Translations under genes and position numbers: made by a program
Assembly: GCF_030684315.1 (NCBI RefSeq)
Contig: NC_081391.1
Coordinates: 13,927,342 to 13,991,341, forward strand
From: Stegostoma tigrinum
Taxonomy: Eukaryota
Direction: 5' to 3'
DNA length: 64,000 nucleotides
Shown here: one piece after another, positions 34,701 to 48,398 of the stretch
How the letters are laid out: each line of letters opens with the position of its first letter
How positions within the stretch are numbered: position 1 is the stretch's first letter
Notes under the pieces: model-generated
Told to the model about the DNA's origin: nothing
What the model saw: only the letters and a program-made list of their open reading frames with translations
Database searches by the model: none

Positions 34701-36890
34701 GAGAAGCTGCTGAAATTCCAGAATCAGCGTGGAGGCGGAGTCTTCCTCCAGGATGTGAAGGTTGGAGTTGGGTGGGGTGGGGAATGGGATGGTAATGGCT
34801 GCTCTTGTGGTGTGGTTTCAAGTCAGTGACAAGGTTTTCATTTGAGTCAAAACTTTGTCCAGCCTGTTTGATCTCCTTTTTGAAGCCAGTGTGGAAAGAA
34901 GCCCTTTGGCCCACCATGTCTATGCTGACCCCACAAACACTAACAACATTAATCCCACTTACCTGCCCTTGGTCCACAGGCCACTGTCCTGGCACTAAGT
35001 ACTTGTCCAGCTGGACCCTAAACTGATCTTGAGTCGCAGTCTCCACCACCATCCAACCCTTTATGTGGTTCATCTCATATTTCAAACAGCCCCTCAGAGG
35101 GGTGGGGGTGGGGGTGGGGTGAAGTTTCCTCCAATCCCCTCTAACCTGCTTACTCCTCAAACCTGGTTTCTCTCCTGTCTTGGTGTCTGCCATGGGGAAG
35201 ACATTCCATCAACTGGCCACTCTCTATTCTTCAATTACATCAGGTCACTCCCTCAGCCGTTCCTGCTCCACAGAAAATCCCAGCCTATCTAACCTCCAAT
35301 CAATGGATCTTGGGCAACAGCCTGGGGAACCTCACCAGCTTCCCCCTGCAGTGCCATCCTGTCCAGGTGACTGGTGAGGCCAAAGAGGAATAATGTGGTG
35401 ACCAGAAAAACAAACTGAGGAGACTGGTCCCCTTCCTGTTCCACCACACCCAACTAATAGAGGTTGCTTGCCCTCTGTCACTGTTACACCCTGTTGACCT
35501 TGTCTGAACTTTGAGGGATCTATGGTTGTGGGCCTTTCTTAACTGTTAGCAGCACAACACACTTTGCAAACACCTCGCTGTCCCTTTGATGAATTAAATA
35601 GCCGTGATGTTTCTGATCATCCTGCTCAGGCATGTATGAAGCCACCAGCACAAGTGGTACTTGAACCTTGGCCTTGTCAGCCAGAGACAGGGGCACTACC
35701 ACTGTACCATGACAGCATTTAGGATTCACTTGTGAATATCCTCACAATTCCATCAGATGGACCCTGATGCAAATCTTGTCATTATCCCCCACAATGACCT
35801 GTTATTCACCTTCCTCCTTCAGATCAAGGACCGACAGGCAAGGTGAAAGCAATTCTGAAGGAACTGTTCTTCAGCTGTGCTCCAGGGCTGCCTCAGGGGC
35901 TAGCAGTGTTCTCAGTGCTAGGGACACAGGTCTGGATCTGGCCTCTGGTGAGGGACTGGTGTTTACATGTCCTCCCCATGTCTGCGTTGGTGTCCTCATA
36001 GTATAAGAGGATTGGCCATCTGAAATGCAGGGTGACAGGAATAGGGTGGGAGAAGGACGAGTTGGGATCCTCTTCAGAGCAGTTACAGACTGATGCATGT
36101 TGTAGAGATTCTGAAGCTTAACTGTCCTTCTTTCCCTCCTCCAGAAGCCAGAGAGGGATGAGTGGGGTAACAGCCTGCAGGCAATGCAGGTTGCCCTGGA
36201 TCTGGAGAAGAATGTGAACCAGAGTTTGTTGGATCTACACCAAGTCGCCACAGCCCAGACTGACCCTCATGTAAGCTTCACCTCCTCATTGACTTCACTG
36301 CTAGGCCCTCAGGGCAACACCTTCACTGGTTGGTCTTTTGTGGATTAGAAATTCAGTTAGACTTTGTTTTTGTGCAGATGACATGGATCACTTCAGATCC
36401 ATAGTGATTACAAAATCATCGCTGAGCAGTTGACTCCAAGTATGTATTTTAACTTGTAAACCTGTGGGGAGGACTGAGGCGATATTGGTGACTGAATTCT
36501 CATTCAGGGCCACTGCAGTGGAATGACTTTTATCCATCACAAGTCAACTCTGCTCCAGTACATAAACAGCAAGATGAAGCAGCTAAAAAGCAGTTGTCCT
36601 CTTTGCACAATTTCTCCAGGCGTTGGCTCTAGTCATCCCTGACAATCTCCCTCCATATGCATGTTTTTCAGTGGGGATTCTGACGTTTTCTTGGATAGTG
36701 TTAATGTACCAAGTGTCATATTCCTCTGTTGCAGCTGTGTGACTTCCTGGAGACTCACTATTTGGATGAGGAGGTGAGGATCATCAAGCAACTTGGGGAC
36801 TACATCACCAACCTGAAGCGCCTGGGAGCCCCTGAGAATGGGATGGGAGAGTACCTGTTTGACAGGCTCTCCCTGGAGGACAGCAGTTAG
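31719..36890 (+). CDS. Ferritin subunit copy 5; exons 31719-31820, 34614-34760, 36145-36270, 36735-36890
   Basis: Intact frame and GT-AG sites. Private substitutions: EKWEH, RGGGVF, HQVAT, EEVRII. Confidence 0.9.
32320..33110 (+). mobile_element. CR1 3' fragment in intron 1 of copy 5 (same insertion point as in copies 1 and 6)
   Basis: Same 5' junction (CTAGCCCT|..AGAGCTGGGCTGAGAGG) and CR1 ORF2 peptides. Confidence 0.85.
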
Positions 36891-39580
36891 TGTGGCCTGG
36901 AGTACTGTCTGCTTGTCTGAATGCATTCCCCACTTCACCCTGGCCAATCTGTCTCTCTCCAGGGAGAAAGGACTTTGAGCAAAGAATGTAATGGCTGTAC
37001 CAGCCGAATGGAAATGAATAAAATGATCTCTTGATCTCAGTTACTGTGCATCATTTTGAGACCACTGATACCTCTTTGGTCAAGCAAGCTTTCTTGCCTC
37101 ACTTCACCATTGCTTTTCCCCAACCCCCTGTGGACAGACTCCAGGCCTACGGGAGCCAGTTGGGGTTCAAATGGGGCCTGTGACCGACCCTGACGACAAC
37201 CATCAACTGGTGGCCCTGCTGACCAGTTCACTTTGTCACTGAAGTCTGCTGCTCCTCCCAGGGGACCTTGGGTTTTCTGAACTTTCTTGGTTCAACTGCA
37301 TAGATTTGAATTTCCCCCAGAAGGAATCCAAAATTCCTTCAAGTGGCTTCCTCAGTTTTTAGCTTTCTTTCCTCCGCCCAGGGCTCAGGCCCTCCCCATA
37401 ACTGGAAGTCCACCAGCCCTGAGCTGGGGGAAATTCAGCCCAAACATTCTGAACAGTCACATTCCAGAGAATCATCTCCAGATTCTCTGGGGCTACTTGA
37501 TTGATAGTGGATGCTCTTTCTACCATAAATACAAGGATTGGTGACCTGGGGCTTGGATGATTGCCCATGGTTCAAAATACTCACATTTGGTTTATGCTTG
37601 CAGCTACAACTGGCCTCTGACTGTTGAAGGGTTTGTACAAAAAGCTGCTACCTTGGTTCTTGGAACCTTTCCATGGGCTGATGAAATTTTTTTTGACCCA
37701 GTGAGGGAGCAGGGATTTCTGGGGAAGATGGGGGCTGTCTCCTTCAGTCAAGATGCCTGGACATGCTGACTTTGCCTTACAGCTGTTTCCTTGATCATTC
37801 AAGGTGTCTGATCATGGGTTAGGGAGGGTGTGATCAGAGACAGCCCGGAGATTATCTTGAGTTTTGGCACAAGTGCACACTGTAGCCTTAGGAAGAGTGT
37901 GGGTCATGAAGGTACTGAATAGATTTGTTCCATCACAAAAATCGTTGTTGTTTGGCCCAGTCTCTATCCTTGGTGATAGAATCCCTGCTCTCTGGCAAGA
38001 GGCCATTTGACCCAGGGAGCATCAACCTTCTGACCAGAATCCTGCTCAGTCCCACCCCAGTCCTTTAACCCTGTGTCTTCCCCATGGCTAATCCAGCTTG
38101 CCCCTTGTCAATATCACCAATTTAGCATTGCCTATCCACTTGACCAGCAAATAGTTCAGATGGTGGGTTGGAAACCAAACAGACACTGTAAATGTACAAA
38201 CTCCCCAGGGTGCCCTAAGGCTGTAATAAATCCCATGTCGCTGTGAGGTAAGTGTTCGCTACTGAGACACTGTCTCACCCTAAAGTACCGAACAAAGGAA
38301 TATGCTGTTGCATACTGTCAGAGTCCTACAGCAGAGATACAGGTTGTTTGGCTCAAACCGTCCAGGTCGAGCAGTGTTCCAAATCTGAACTAGTTGTGTT
38401 TGCCCCATATCCCTCAACCAGTCCTTTCCCTGGAAATCACCAAATGTCTTTTAACAACTGCAATTGCACCTACTTCTCCTGCTTTATGTAGCCACTCATT
38501 CTTGACCTAAACCATTTTCTGTGGGGAAAAGCTGTTCTTCAGCTTCCCTCCCTCTCCCCCCACCCCCCCAAACTCCATATGCCTGTGTGTGAAAACATTA
38601 CCCCTACCACCTCTAGTTTTGGACTCCCCTACCCTGTCCCAGCATGCTTACTGTATGCAGTCAATCGTGAGTCTGCCAAGGGCAAGGCCACATTTAGTGC
38701 TCAGCAAGTGTTACACTCCAGAAGGTGGTGATGAGCTGGTCATTACAGTCCACCTGGTGTAGGAGAGACTGGAATGATGCTGCTGCTGCTGCTGAGGAGG
38801 GGCTTCTGGGATTTTCGTTCACAAACAGGGATAGTGTTCCAAGTCAGGATGGTGACAGATTTACATGGAGCTGCTTGAGTGTCGTCGGAGCTGCCTCAAG
38901 CGACAACATTGTAAACTATTCCAGCACTACTCCCAACTTCAGCCTTATTGACGGTGGACAGGTTTTGGAAACTCAGGAGTTGAGTACTTCCTGACAGAAT
39001 TCCCAGCATCTGAATTCCCAGTTTCTGAGCTGTACCATCTACAGAACGCAATGTATACAGGACCAGAAATTCCTCACTTGGAAACCTGCTGGGGTTAATC
39101 GCTAGTTCTACTTCAAACAATGAAAAACGAAACTGGGAGACAGAAATGTTCAACGTGCGATACATTTCTAGCAGCAACTGAGACATAGAGGCCTGAGGCC
39201 TACTGTGTAGAAGAGGCACTCAGCACATTTCGTGTTTTGCTTTTCAAACTGGGCCTTCAAGGTCAAGGTCAGGGAGATCACATCAGATGCAGATTGGATC
39301 CACAAAGTACATCAGTTGCCTGTTTTAGATGATCCAAAAGCACATTATTTCTGTTGCGGCACAGAAATAGGAAAATGTTCAGATCAACCAAATCGAGCCA
39401 TTTTTCAAAGAGCTCCAACACCAATGTTCAAAAATTATGACGACTAATCCCTCAGAATAACAATCCGACAGAATTCTGCAAATCTGTGTTGAGTGTGTCT
39501 TAACGCACAACTTCAGATACAGACGTGAAGTTTTAGAGCATACTTTATTCTCATTTTCAGGGAGATGTCCTCCCAGAATT

Positions 39581-39783
39581 TGCACTTGTTCAGGAGGTCA
39601 AAGATCATTTCAGCAATTTCATCATCAACCACTCATCAATTCTGATTGGTTTTTTGACCCGATTCCCATCCTGCACTGATTGGATGTGGCAGCTGATCAA
39701 TTGATTAACAAGAGTGATTGGCCATCACTGATGATCTCATTTCCTGCTTCATAAAATGAGTGTTGGCTCCTGGGGTATAAATA
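39581..39783 (+). promoter_or_regulatory. Promoter block, copy 6: DR1 variant AGGTCA-A-AGATCA 39595-39607, TATA at 39776
   Basis: Same motif order as the other copies. Confidence 0.7.
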
Positions 39784-39869
39784 GAGTCCCAGGGCAGGGA
39801 TGTTTATTGTTGTTCTTAACTTTGTTATTTTTGTGGTGCGGAAACTAAAGCAAGCTTTTCCTTTATATG

Positions 39870-42800
39870 ATGGCATCCCAGATCATGCAGAACTATCACC
39901 AGGATTGTGAAGATGCTGTCAACAAGCAGATTAATGTGGAGCTCACTGCCTCCTATCTCTATCAGTCTTTGGTGAGTGGTGTCTCTGTTGGGTGAAACAT
40001 ACTTCTGTTCTGTTGAAGTGAACTCTTCCCCTTGGATGTAATTAAGTTGTCTATCTTATAGACTGAGTTTTGTGGCTCCTACCTCTTTCTCACTGCAGGA
40101 TGAGTGTGATGTTACTATAACAATAGTTTGGTGTCTAATGTACTCTAACTTGGGTCCCAGTTGGTTGTCAGTGAGATGTGGAGTGTTCTTGTAGTTACTT
40201 GCCTGTCCCATGATGGTGCTGTGACTGGTGGTAATTATCGCTTCCTGTGACTTTGTTTGAAACTTGAGGGAACTAATTTAAAAATGAATTGGGACTCACC
40301 ATTGTGGGAATGGAAGCACCATCGGCTAGTCACTGCTCTTCTTTTCCTCCTTGTATCCTTGCTTGTATTTGAATTTTGTGGTGATCCCAACTTAACATCT
40401 CAAATAATCTTGATTTCCTATTGCAATCAGCTTAGAATAGGCTTGTTCTAGCCCTGCAGAGCTGGGCTGAGAAGTGGCAAATGGAGTTTAATGCAGACAA
40501 GTGTGAGGTGATGCACTTTGGTAGGAGTAACCAGCAGGCAAAGCACGAGGCTAATGGTAAGATTCTTAGTAATGTAGATGAGGAGAGAGATCTCGGTGTC
40601 CACGTAAACAGGTCCTTGAAAGTTGCCATCCAGGTTGACAGGGCGGTTAAGAAGGCAGTGTTTTCTCTTTGATTAATAGAGGCATTGAGTTCTGGAACCA
40701 AGAGGTTATGGTGAAGCTGTACCAAACTCTGGTGTGGCTGCACTTGTAGTATTGTATACAGTTCTGGTCACTGCATTATAAGGATGTGGAAGCTTTGGCA
40801 AGAGTGCAGAGGAGGTTTACTAGGATGTTGCCTGGTATCGAGGGAAGCTCTTATGAGGAAAGACTGAGGGACTTGAGGCTGTCTTCATTGGTGAGAAGGT
40901 TGAGAGTTGACTTAATTGAAACATATAATATTCTGAGGGTTGGAAAGGGAAATCCTCTTTCTGCGGACGGTGAGCATGAGGGGGCATAGCTGTAAATTGA
41001 GGGATGATAGATATAGGACAGATGTCTGAGGTAGTTTCTTTACTCAGTAGTAAGGGAATGGAATGCTTTGCCTGTGACGGTAGTAGATTTGCCAACTTTA
41101 GGTACATTTAAGTCGTCATTGGACAAGCATATGGACGTACAGGGAATAGTCTAGGTTAGATGGGCTTGAGATCAGTATGACAAGTTGACACAACATCTAG
41201 GGCCTGTACTGTGCTGTTATGTTCTAGTTTCAGATTAAACTGGGTGAGGTTGTGACTGGTATCTGATCAAGCAGATCTCCATTTGAGATCTACTTTGCTT
41301 TTTTTCATACTCATGAGGTGGGTGTGGGCTGTCTGTATATCAGTGTTGGAGCTTTTCCAAGGCATGGCACTGCCGTGGGGCTGAGAATGTGCGGAGGGTA
41401 CTGACCCAGTGAATATGGAAAAAATAGCTTATTCCTGTTGTATTTGGCCTGACTCTAAACTAACTAGCCCCTCTTTCCCCAGGTGGTTGGGTGCCTGTGC
41501 CCTTCCAAGGGGTAGAATGTGTTTAGAAGGTGTTAGAAGTAACCTTAGTGAGTGTTGCCGGGTGCTCTCTGGGCTTGTGCTTGTCAGCAGGAAGTCCTCT
41601 CATGATGAGGATCAAGTCCCTGTCAGCCCCACTTTGGGAGGTGGCAACAGCTTTCATTGAGCCACCAGGTCAGTTTTAATCGCTGACCCATGTTCCTAAC
41701 ACAACTTGGAAGCATGTCCCAAGAGTAAAATCTCCACTATTCTACATCTTCTAACTGCCCATTTAAATGGGCAATGATAAATTGTGCTTGTGTTTGCATT
41801 TGACAATTAAAGCAACTTTTTTCAGCAGGATTCCCAAGAATGTGTGTCTTAGTAGCTGCTTCCAATAGCAGACCTGGTAAACCTGAATACATTGAATTGT
41901 GAACATCCTGGTTTAGAAATCTACAGGACTTTGCCTGTTGGATTAAGTCAACAGTAGCATTTCCAGGTTACTGTTTTAATAAGTGATGTTGTCTAGAGAG
42001 GAGGTGATCTGCAGGTCACTGTCATATTTGTCATGTGATCAGTTTGTTTTGTCAATCATTGTTTCATGTGTAATGGTACAAGTTGCTAGCAGTCTCAGTA
42101 CAGCTGTTTTAGATGCAGCAGTAAACTGTATCTAGAACAATCCAAAGACTGTCCCGAGGCAGGCTTTCCTTGGCAGATTCTTGGTGCCCATGTCCTTCAT
42201 TCATCCCTTCCCCCTCACCCCAGCCACCCCACTACTGCAGCCCTTGTCAAACTAATAGATACAGTGCATCCAATTGCATTGATCCTGACTAAGCAGAAAA
42301 TGTGCTCCTTCCTAGCTGTTAGTTGCAGTGTCTGGGATCTGTTTTCTGGCCTTTGCCAAAGGAGCAATAGCGTGCCCTGCAGCTGTTCTATTGGTGCACA
42401 TCCTGCATTCCAGCTTCTGGCATTTCTTGAAACCCTATTCAATCAGTAATTTTCCCATTTCTGGTGGAGGTTAATCAGTAAAAACATCAATTCACACTTG
42501 TTCTCACCCAATGCTGTGCCAGACCCACTGAGCAATTTGCCAGGAGTTTCAAACCAAAATAAAACACATGGTGTTTACAGCTTACCTGGAGGAAGCTGGG
42601 ATTGTTTTGATTTTTCCAATTCAACAGGAACTGCTCCAAACTGGGTTCTGAATTGTTAATGCATCAGGTACTTAACAGCTTATTGTCAGTCTGATTTTTA
42701 GAATGCTCAAGTAGCCCTGGAGCTCTGAACTAAAATTGGCCCGTGACTTGTTAATGGGCTTTACCTTGATCTCCCTTCCAGATGTCCTACTTTGACCGGG

Positions 42801-45041
42801 ATGATGTTGCCCTCCTCCATGTCTCCCGCTTCTTCAAACATCAGTCCAGGAGAAGCGGGAACATGCAGAGAAGCTGCTGAAATTCCAGAATCAGCGTGGA
42901 GGCCGGGTCCTCCTCCAGGATGTGAAGGTTGGAGTTGGGTGGGGTGGGGAATGGGATGGTAATGGCTGCTCTTGTGGTGTGGTTTCAAGTCAGTGACAAG
43001 GTTTTCATTTGAGTCAAAACTTTGTTCGGCCTGTTTGATCTCCTTTTTGAAGCCAGTGTAGAAAGAAGCCCTTTGGCCCACCATGTCTTTGCTGACCCCA
43101 CAAACACTAAAGCACATTAATCCCATTTACCTTCCCTTGGTCCACAGGCCACTGTCCTGGCACTATATACTTGTCCAGCTGGACCTTAAACTGATCTGGA
43201 GTAGCTGACTCCACCACCATCCAACCCTTTATGTGGTTCATCTCATATTTCTAACCTCCCCCTCGGAGGAGGGTGAAGAGAACGTTTCCTCCAATCCCCT
43301 CTAACCTGCTTACTCCACAAACCTGGTTTCTCTCTGGTCTTGGTGTCTGCCATGGGGAAGACATTCCATCAACTGGCCACTCTCTATTCTTCAATAGTTA
43401 CATCAGGTCACTCCCTCAGCCGTTCCTGCTCCACAGAAAATCCCAGCCTATCTAACCTCCAATCAATGGATCTTGGGCAACAGCCTGGGCAACCTCACCA
43501 GCTTCCCCCTGCAGTGCCATCCTGTCCTTGTGACTGGTGAGGCCCAAGAGGGAATAATGTGGTGACTAGAAGAACAAACTGTGACAAGACTGGCCCCCTT
43601 CCTGTTCCACCACACCCAACTAATAGAGGTTGCTTGCCCTCTGTCACTGTTACACCCTGTTGACCTTGTCTGAACTTTGAGGGATCTATGGTTTTGGGCC
43701 TTTCTTAACTGTTAGCAGCACAACACACTTTGCAAACACCTCGCTGTCCCTTTGATGAATTAAATAGCCGTGATGTTTCTGATCATCCTGCTCGGGCATG
43801 TATGAAGCCACCAGCACAAGTGGTACTTGAACCTTGGCCTTGTCAGCCAGAGACAGGGGCACTACCACTGTACCATGACAGCATTTAGGCTTCACTCGTG
43901 AATATCCTCGCAATTCCATCAGATGGACCCTGATGCAAATCTTGTCATTATCCCCCACAAGGACCTGTTATTCACCTTCCTCCTTCAGATCAAGGACCGA
44001 CAGGCAAGGTGAAAGCAATTCTGAAGGAACTGTTCTTCAGCTGTGCTCCAGGGCTGCCTCAGGGGCTAGCAGTGTTCTCAGTGCTAGGGACACAGGTCTG
44101 GATCTGGCCTCTGGTGAGGGACTGGTGTTTACATGTCCTCCCCATGTCTGCGTTGGTGTCCTCATAGTATAAGAGGATTGGCCATCTGAAATGCAGGGTT
44201 ACAGGAATAGAGGGGGAGTGGGATGAGCTGGGATGCATTTCAGAGCAGTTCTGCACTGATCGATGTTGTAGAGATTCTGAAGCTTCACTTTGCTTCTTTC
44301 CATCCTCAGAAGCCAGGGAGGGATGAGTGGGGTAACAGCCTGCAGGCGATGCAGGTTGCCCTGGATCTGGAGAAGAATGTGAACCAGAGTTTGCTGGATC
44401 TTCACCAACTTGCCACAGCCCAGACTGACCCTCATGTAAGCTTCACCACTTCATTCTCTTCACTGCTGGTCACTCAGGGTAACACCTTCAATGGTTGGTC
44501 TTTTGTGGATTAGAAGTTGCCTGCTGTCTCAGACAAGTGCCATTTGGATCTCTTCAGATCCGTACCAATGCTTATAATCTGATCAGCTCAGCAATCAAGT
44601 AAAATGGGAATTTGGATTATAATCTAGTAGGAGTGATGAAGTGATATTGGCCACTGAATGCTCATCCAGGATTATTACAGTGGAATGATCACTATCCATC
44701 ATAATCCAACACAGCATCACTTAACAAACTGCAAGAGCAGTTGAAATACATGGTCCTCACTGGCATAGTCTCCAGGTGTTAGGTTTTCAGGGTAGTCTAG
44801 AGCTCATATGGCTGAGTGTTTTGCAGTAGGAAATCTGAGGTTGTCTTGGATACCATTAATGTAGCAAGTTGTCATATTCTTGCAGCTGTGTGACTTCCTG
44901 GAGACTCACTATTTGGATGAGGAGGTGGAGATCATCAAGCAACTTGGGGACTACATCACCAACCTGAAGCGCCTGGGAGCCCCTGAGAATGGGATGGGAG
45001 AGTACCTGTTTGACAGGCTCTCCCTGGAGGACAGCAGTTAG
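39870..45041 (+). pseudogene. Ferritin subunit copy 6 with a 1-bp deletion in exon 2; exons 39870-39971, 42782-42927, 44310-44435, 44886-45041
   Basis: Exon 2 is 146 bp (CAGTCCAGG vs CAGTCCCAGG in copy 1 and most other copies, at ~42846), giving a stop TGA at 42878-42880. Otherwise near-identical to copy 1. A homopolymer sequencing error is possible. Confidence 0.7.
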
Positions 45042-45113
45042 TGTGGCCTGGAGTACTGTCTGCTTGGTCTGAATGCATTCCCCACTTCACCCTGGGCAAT
45101 CTGTCTCCTTCCA
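39954..45113 (+). repeat. Recent duplicate of 1-5156 (offset ~39.95 kb)
   Basis: Near-identical introns and exons (ORFs 841/40786, 3316/43273, 4266/44223). Confidence 0.93.
40455..41227 (+). mobile_element. CR1 3' fragment in intron 1 of copy 6
   Basis: [17 protein letters not shown]...; near-identical to 511-1283. Confidence 0.85.
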
Positions 45114-46749
45114 GGGGGAAGGAATTTTGTAGCAAAGAATGTAATGGCTGTACCAGCTGAATGGAAATGAATAAAATGATATATTGATATTGGTTTTTGT
45201 CCATCATTTTGAGACCATTGATACCTTTCTTTGGTCAATCAAGCTTTCCTACTGAAGTTCACCCCCCCCCCCCCCCCCGCCCCCCCCACACTGTGGACAG
45301 ACTCTAGGCCTATGGGAGCCAGTTCAGGTTCAAATCGGGGCCTGTGACCTACCCTTGCAATAGCCATTGACAGTTGGCCCCACTGACCAGTTCGCATTTA
45401 GTTTTGTCAGTTGTCTGCTGCTCCTCCCAGGGCACCTTGGGGTTTTCTAAATAACTGTCTTGGTTTAACTGCATTGATCTCTTTTCCCAGAAGCAATCCA
45501 AAATTTGTCTTCCAAGTGGCTTCATCAGTTTTTTTGCTGTCTTTCCTTCACCCATGGGCTCAGCAACTTTCTCTTCCAACAGCTTCTCTTCTCCACCCCA
45601 CCCTGCCTGCCCCCACTGGAAATAACTGGAAGTCTGCCAGCCCTGAGCTGGGGAAATTCGGCCCAAACTTTCACAACAGTCACATTCCAGGGAATTGGCT
45701 CCAGATTCTCTGGGGCTACCTGATTGATAGTGGATGGTCTTGATCCCATAAAGACAAGGATTGGTGACCTGGGGCTTGGATGATAGCCCACGGTTTAAAA
45801 ATACTCCCATTTGGTTTATGCTTGCAGCTACAACTGGCTTCTTACTGTTGAAGGGTTTGTATGAAAAGCTGCTGCCTTGGTTCTTGGAACCTTTCCATGG
45901 GCTGAAGGCTCTTTTTCTTTTGACACGCTTCAATTTGAACGAGTGAGGGAGCAGGGATTTCTGGGGAAGGTTGGGACTGTCTCCTTCAGACAAGATGCCT
46001 GGACATGCTGACATTCCTATACAGCTGTTTCCTTGATCATTCAAGGTGTCAGATCATGGCTGAGGGAGGGGGGTGAACAGAGACAGCCCAGAGTTTGTCT
46101 TGAGTTTTGTCGAAGTGCACACTACAGCCTTAGGAAGAGTGTGGGTCATTAAGGTACTGAATATATTTGTTCCATCACAATAATCCTTTTTATTTTGCCC
46201 AGTCTCAATCCTTGGTGATAGAATCCCTACTCTCCTGGAAGAGGCCGTTTGACCCACGTAGTATCAACCATCTGCCCAACATCCTGCTCAGTCACACCAC
46301 AGTCCTTTGACCCTGTGTTTCCCCTGGCCCCTCTCCCCTCAAACCTGTGCCCTCTAGTTTTGGACTTCCCTACCCTGTCGCAGCATGCTTTTTATATACA
46401 GTCATTCTTGAGTGTGCCAATGGCAAGGCTACATCTAGTGCTCAGCAGCTGGTTATTACAGACCGTCTGGTGTAGGAGACTCTGGAATGATGCTGCTGAG
46501 GAGGGGCTTCTGGGATTTTCATTCACAGAAAACCCTGAGGCCTACTGTGTATACGAGTCACTCAGCACATTTAGCATCTTGCTTTTCAAACTGGGATTCA
46601 TGAGACCCTAAGTCCCAGGGATCACAGCAGATTCAGAACAGATCTAAAGGACATCGGTTGCCTGTATTAGACGATCCAAAAGCATACTATTCTGTTGCTG
46701 CGCAGAAATAGGAAAATGTTCATATCAACCAAATCTGGGCATTTTAGAA

Positions 46750-48229
46750 AGATGAGATTAGCCAATGTTGTTTCCCCTGTTCAGAGGATCGCAAATGTGG
46801 TTCCCCTGTTCAAGAAGGGGAGTAGAGACAACCCTGGTAATTGTAGACCAGTGAGCCTTACCTCAGTTGTTGGTAAAGTGTTGGAAAAGGTTATAAGGGA
46901 TAGGATTTATAATCATCTAGAAAAGAATAAATTGATTTGGGATAGTCAGCACGGTTTTATGAGGGGAAAGTCATGCTCATGCCTCACAAACCTTATTGAG
47001 TTATTTCAGAAGGTGACTAAACAGGTAGATGAGAGTAAACTGGTTGATGTGGTGTATATGGATTTGAGCAAGGCATTCGCTGAGCTTCTAAGGTTCCCCA
47101 CAAGAGGCTATTGTACAAAATGTGGAGGAATGGGATTGTGGAAGATATAGCAGTTTGGATCAGAAATTGGCTTGCTGAAAGAAGACAGAGGGCGGTAGTC
47201 GATGGGAAATGTTCATCCTGGAGACCAGTTACTAGTGGTGTACTGCAAGGGTCGGTGTTGGGTCCACTGCTGTTTCTCATTTTTAATAGGTGACCTGGAT
47301 GAGGGCGTAGAAGGATGGGTTAGTAAATTTGCAGACAACACGAAGGTCGGTGGAGTTGTGGATAGTGACGAAGGATGCTGTAGGTCGCAGAGAGACATAG
47401 ATAAGCTGCGGAGCTGGGCTGAGAGGTGGCAAATGGAGTTTAATGCAGACGAGTGTGAGGTGATGCACTTTGGTAGGAGTAACCGGAAGGCAAAGTACAG
47501 GGCTAATGGTAAGATTCTTGGTAGTTTAGATGAGCAGAGAGATGTCGGTGTCCATGTACACATATCCTTGAAAGTTGCCACCCAGGTTGACAGGGCGGTT
47601 AAGAAGCCATACAATGTTTTAGCTTTTATTAATAGAGGGATCGAGTTCCGGAACCAAGAGGTTATGGCGAAGCTGTACAAAACTCTGGTGCGGCCGCAAT
47701 TGGAGTATTGTGTACAGTTCTGGTCACCCCATTATAAGAAGGATGTAGAAGCTTTGGAAAGGGTGCAGAGGAGATTTACTAGGATGTTGCCTGGTATGGT
47801 GGGAAGGTCTTAGGAGGAAATGCTGAGGGACTTGAGGCTGTTTTCATTAGAGGGAAGAAGTTTGCGAGGTGACTTAATTGAAACATATAAAATAATCAGA
47901 GGGTTAGATAGCGTGGATAGGGAGAGCCTTTTTCCTGGGATGGTGACAGCGAGCACGAGGGGGCATAGCTTCAAATGGACGGGTGAAAGATATAGGACAG
48001 ATGTCAGAGTTTCTTTACTTGGAGAGCAGTGAGGGAATGGAACGCTTTGCCTGCAACGGTAGGAGATTCACCAACTTGAGGTACATTTAAGTCGTCATTG
48101 GACAAGCATATGGACGTACATGGAATAGTGTAGGTTAGATGGGCTTCATATCGGTATGACAGGTCGGCACAACATCGAGGGCCGAAGTGCCTGTGCTGTG
48201 CTGTAATCTTCTATGTTCTATGTTCTATG
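46750..48229 (+). mobile_element. CR1-type LINE, ~1.5-kb 5'-truncated RT fragment with a (TTCTATG)3 tail
   Basis: [56 protein letters not shown] (YADD-like motif), LVRPQLEYCVQFWSP; ends in a tandem heptamer tail. Confidence 0.92.
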
Positions 48230-48398
48230 GCTCCAACAGCAACGTTCAAAAGTTATGACGAATAATCCCTCAGATTAACAATCCGACAGAATTCTGCAAA
48301 TCTGTGATGACTGTGTCTTCACGCACAACCTCAGATAGAAAAGCGAAGGTTTAGAGTATATTTTATTGTCATTTTCTGGCAAATACATTTACAGAATG

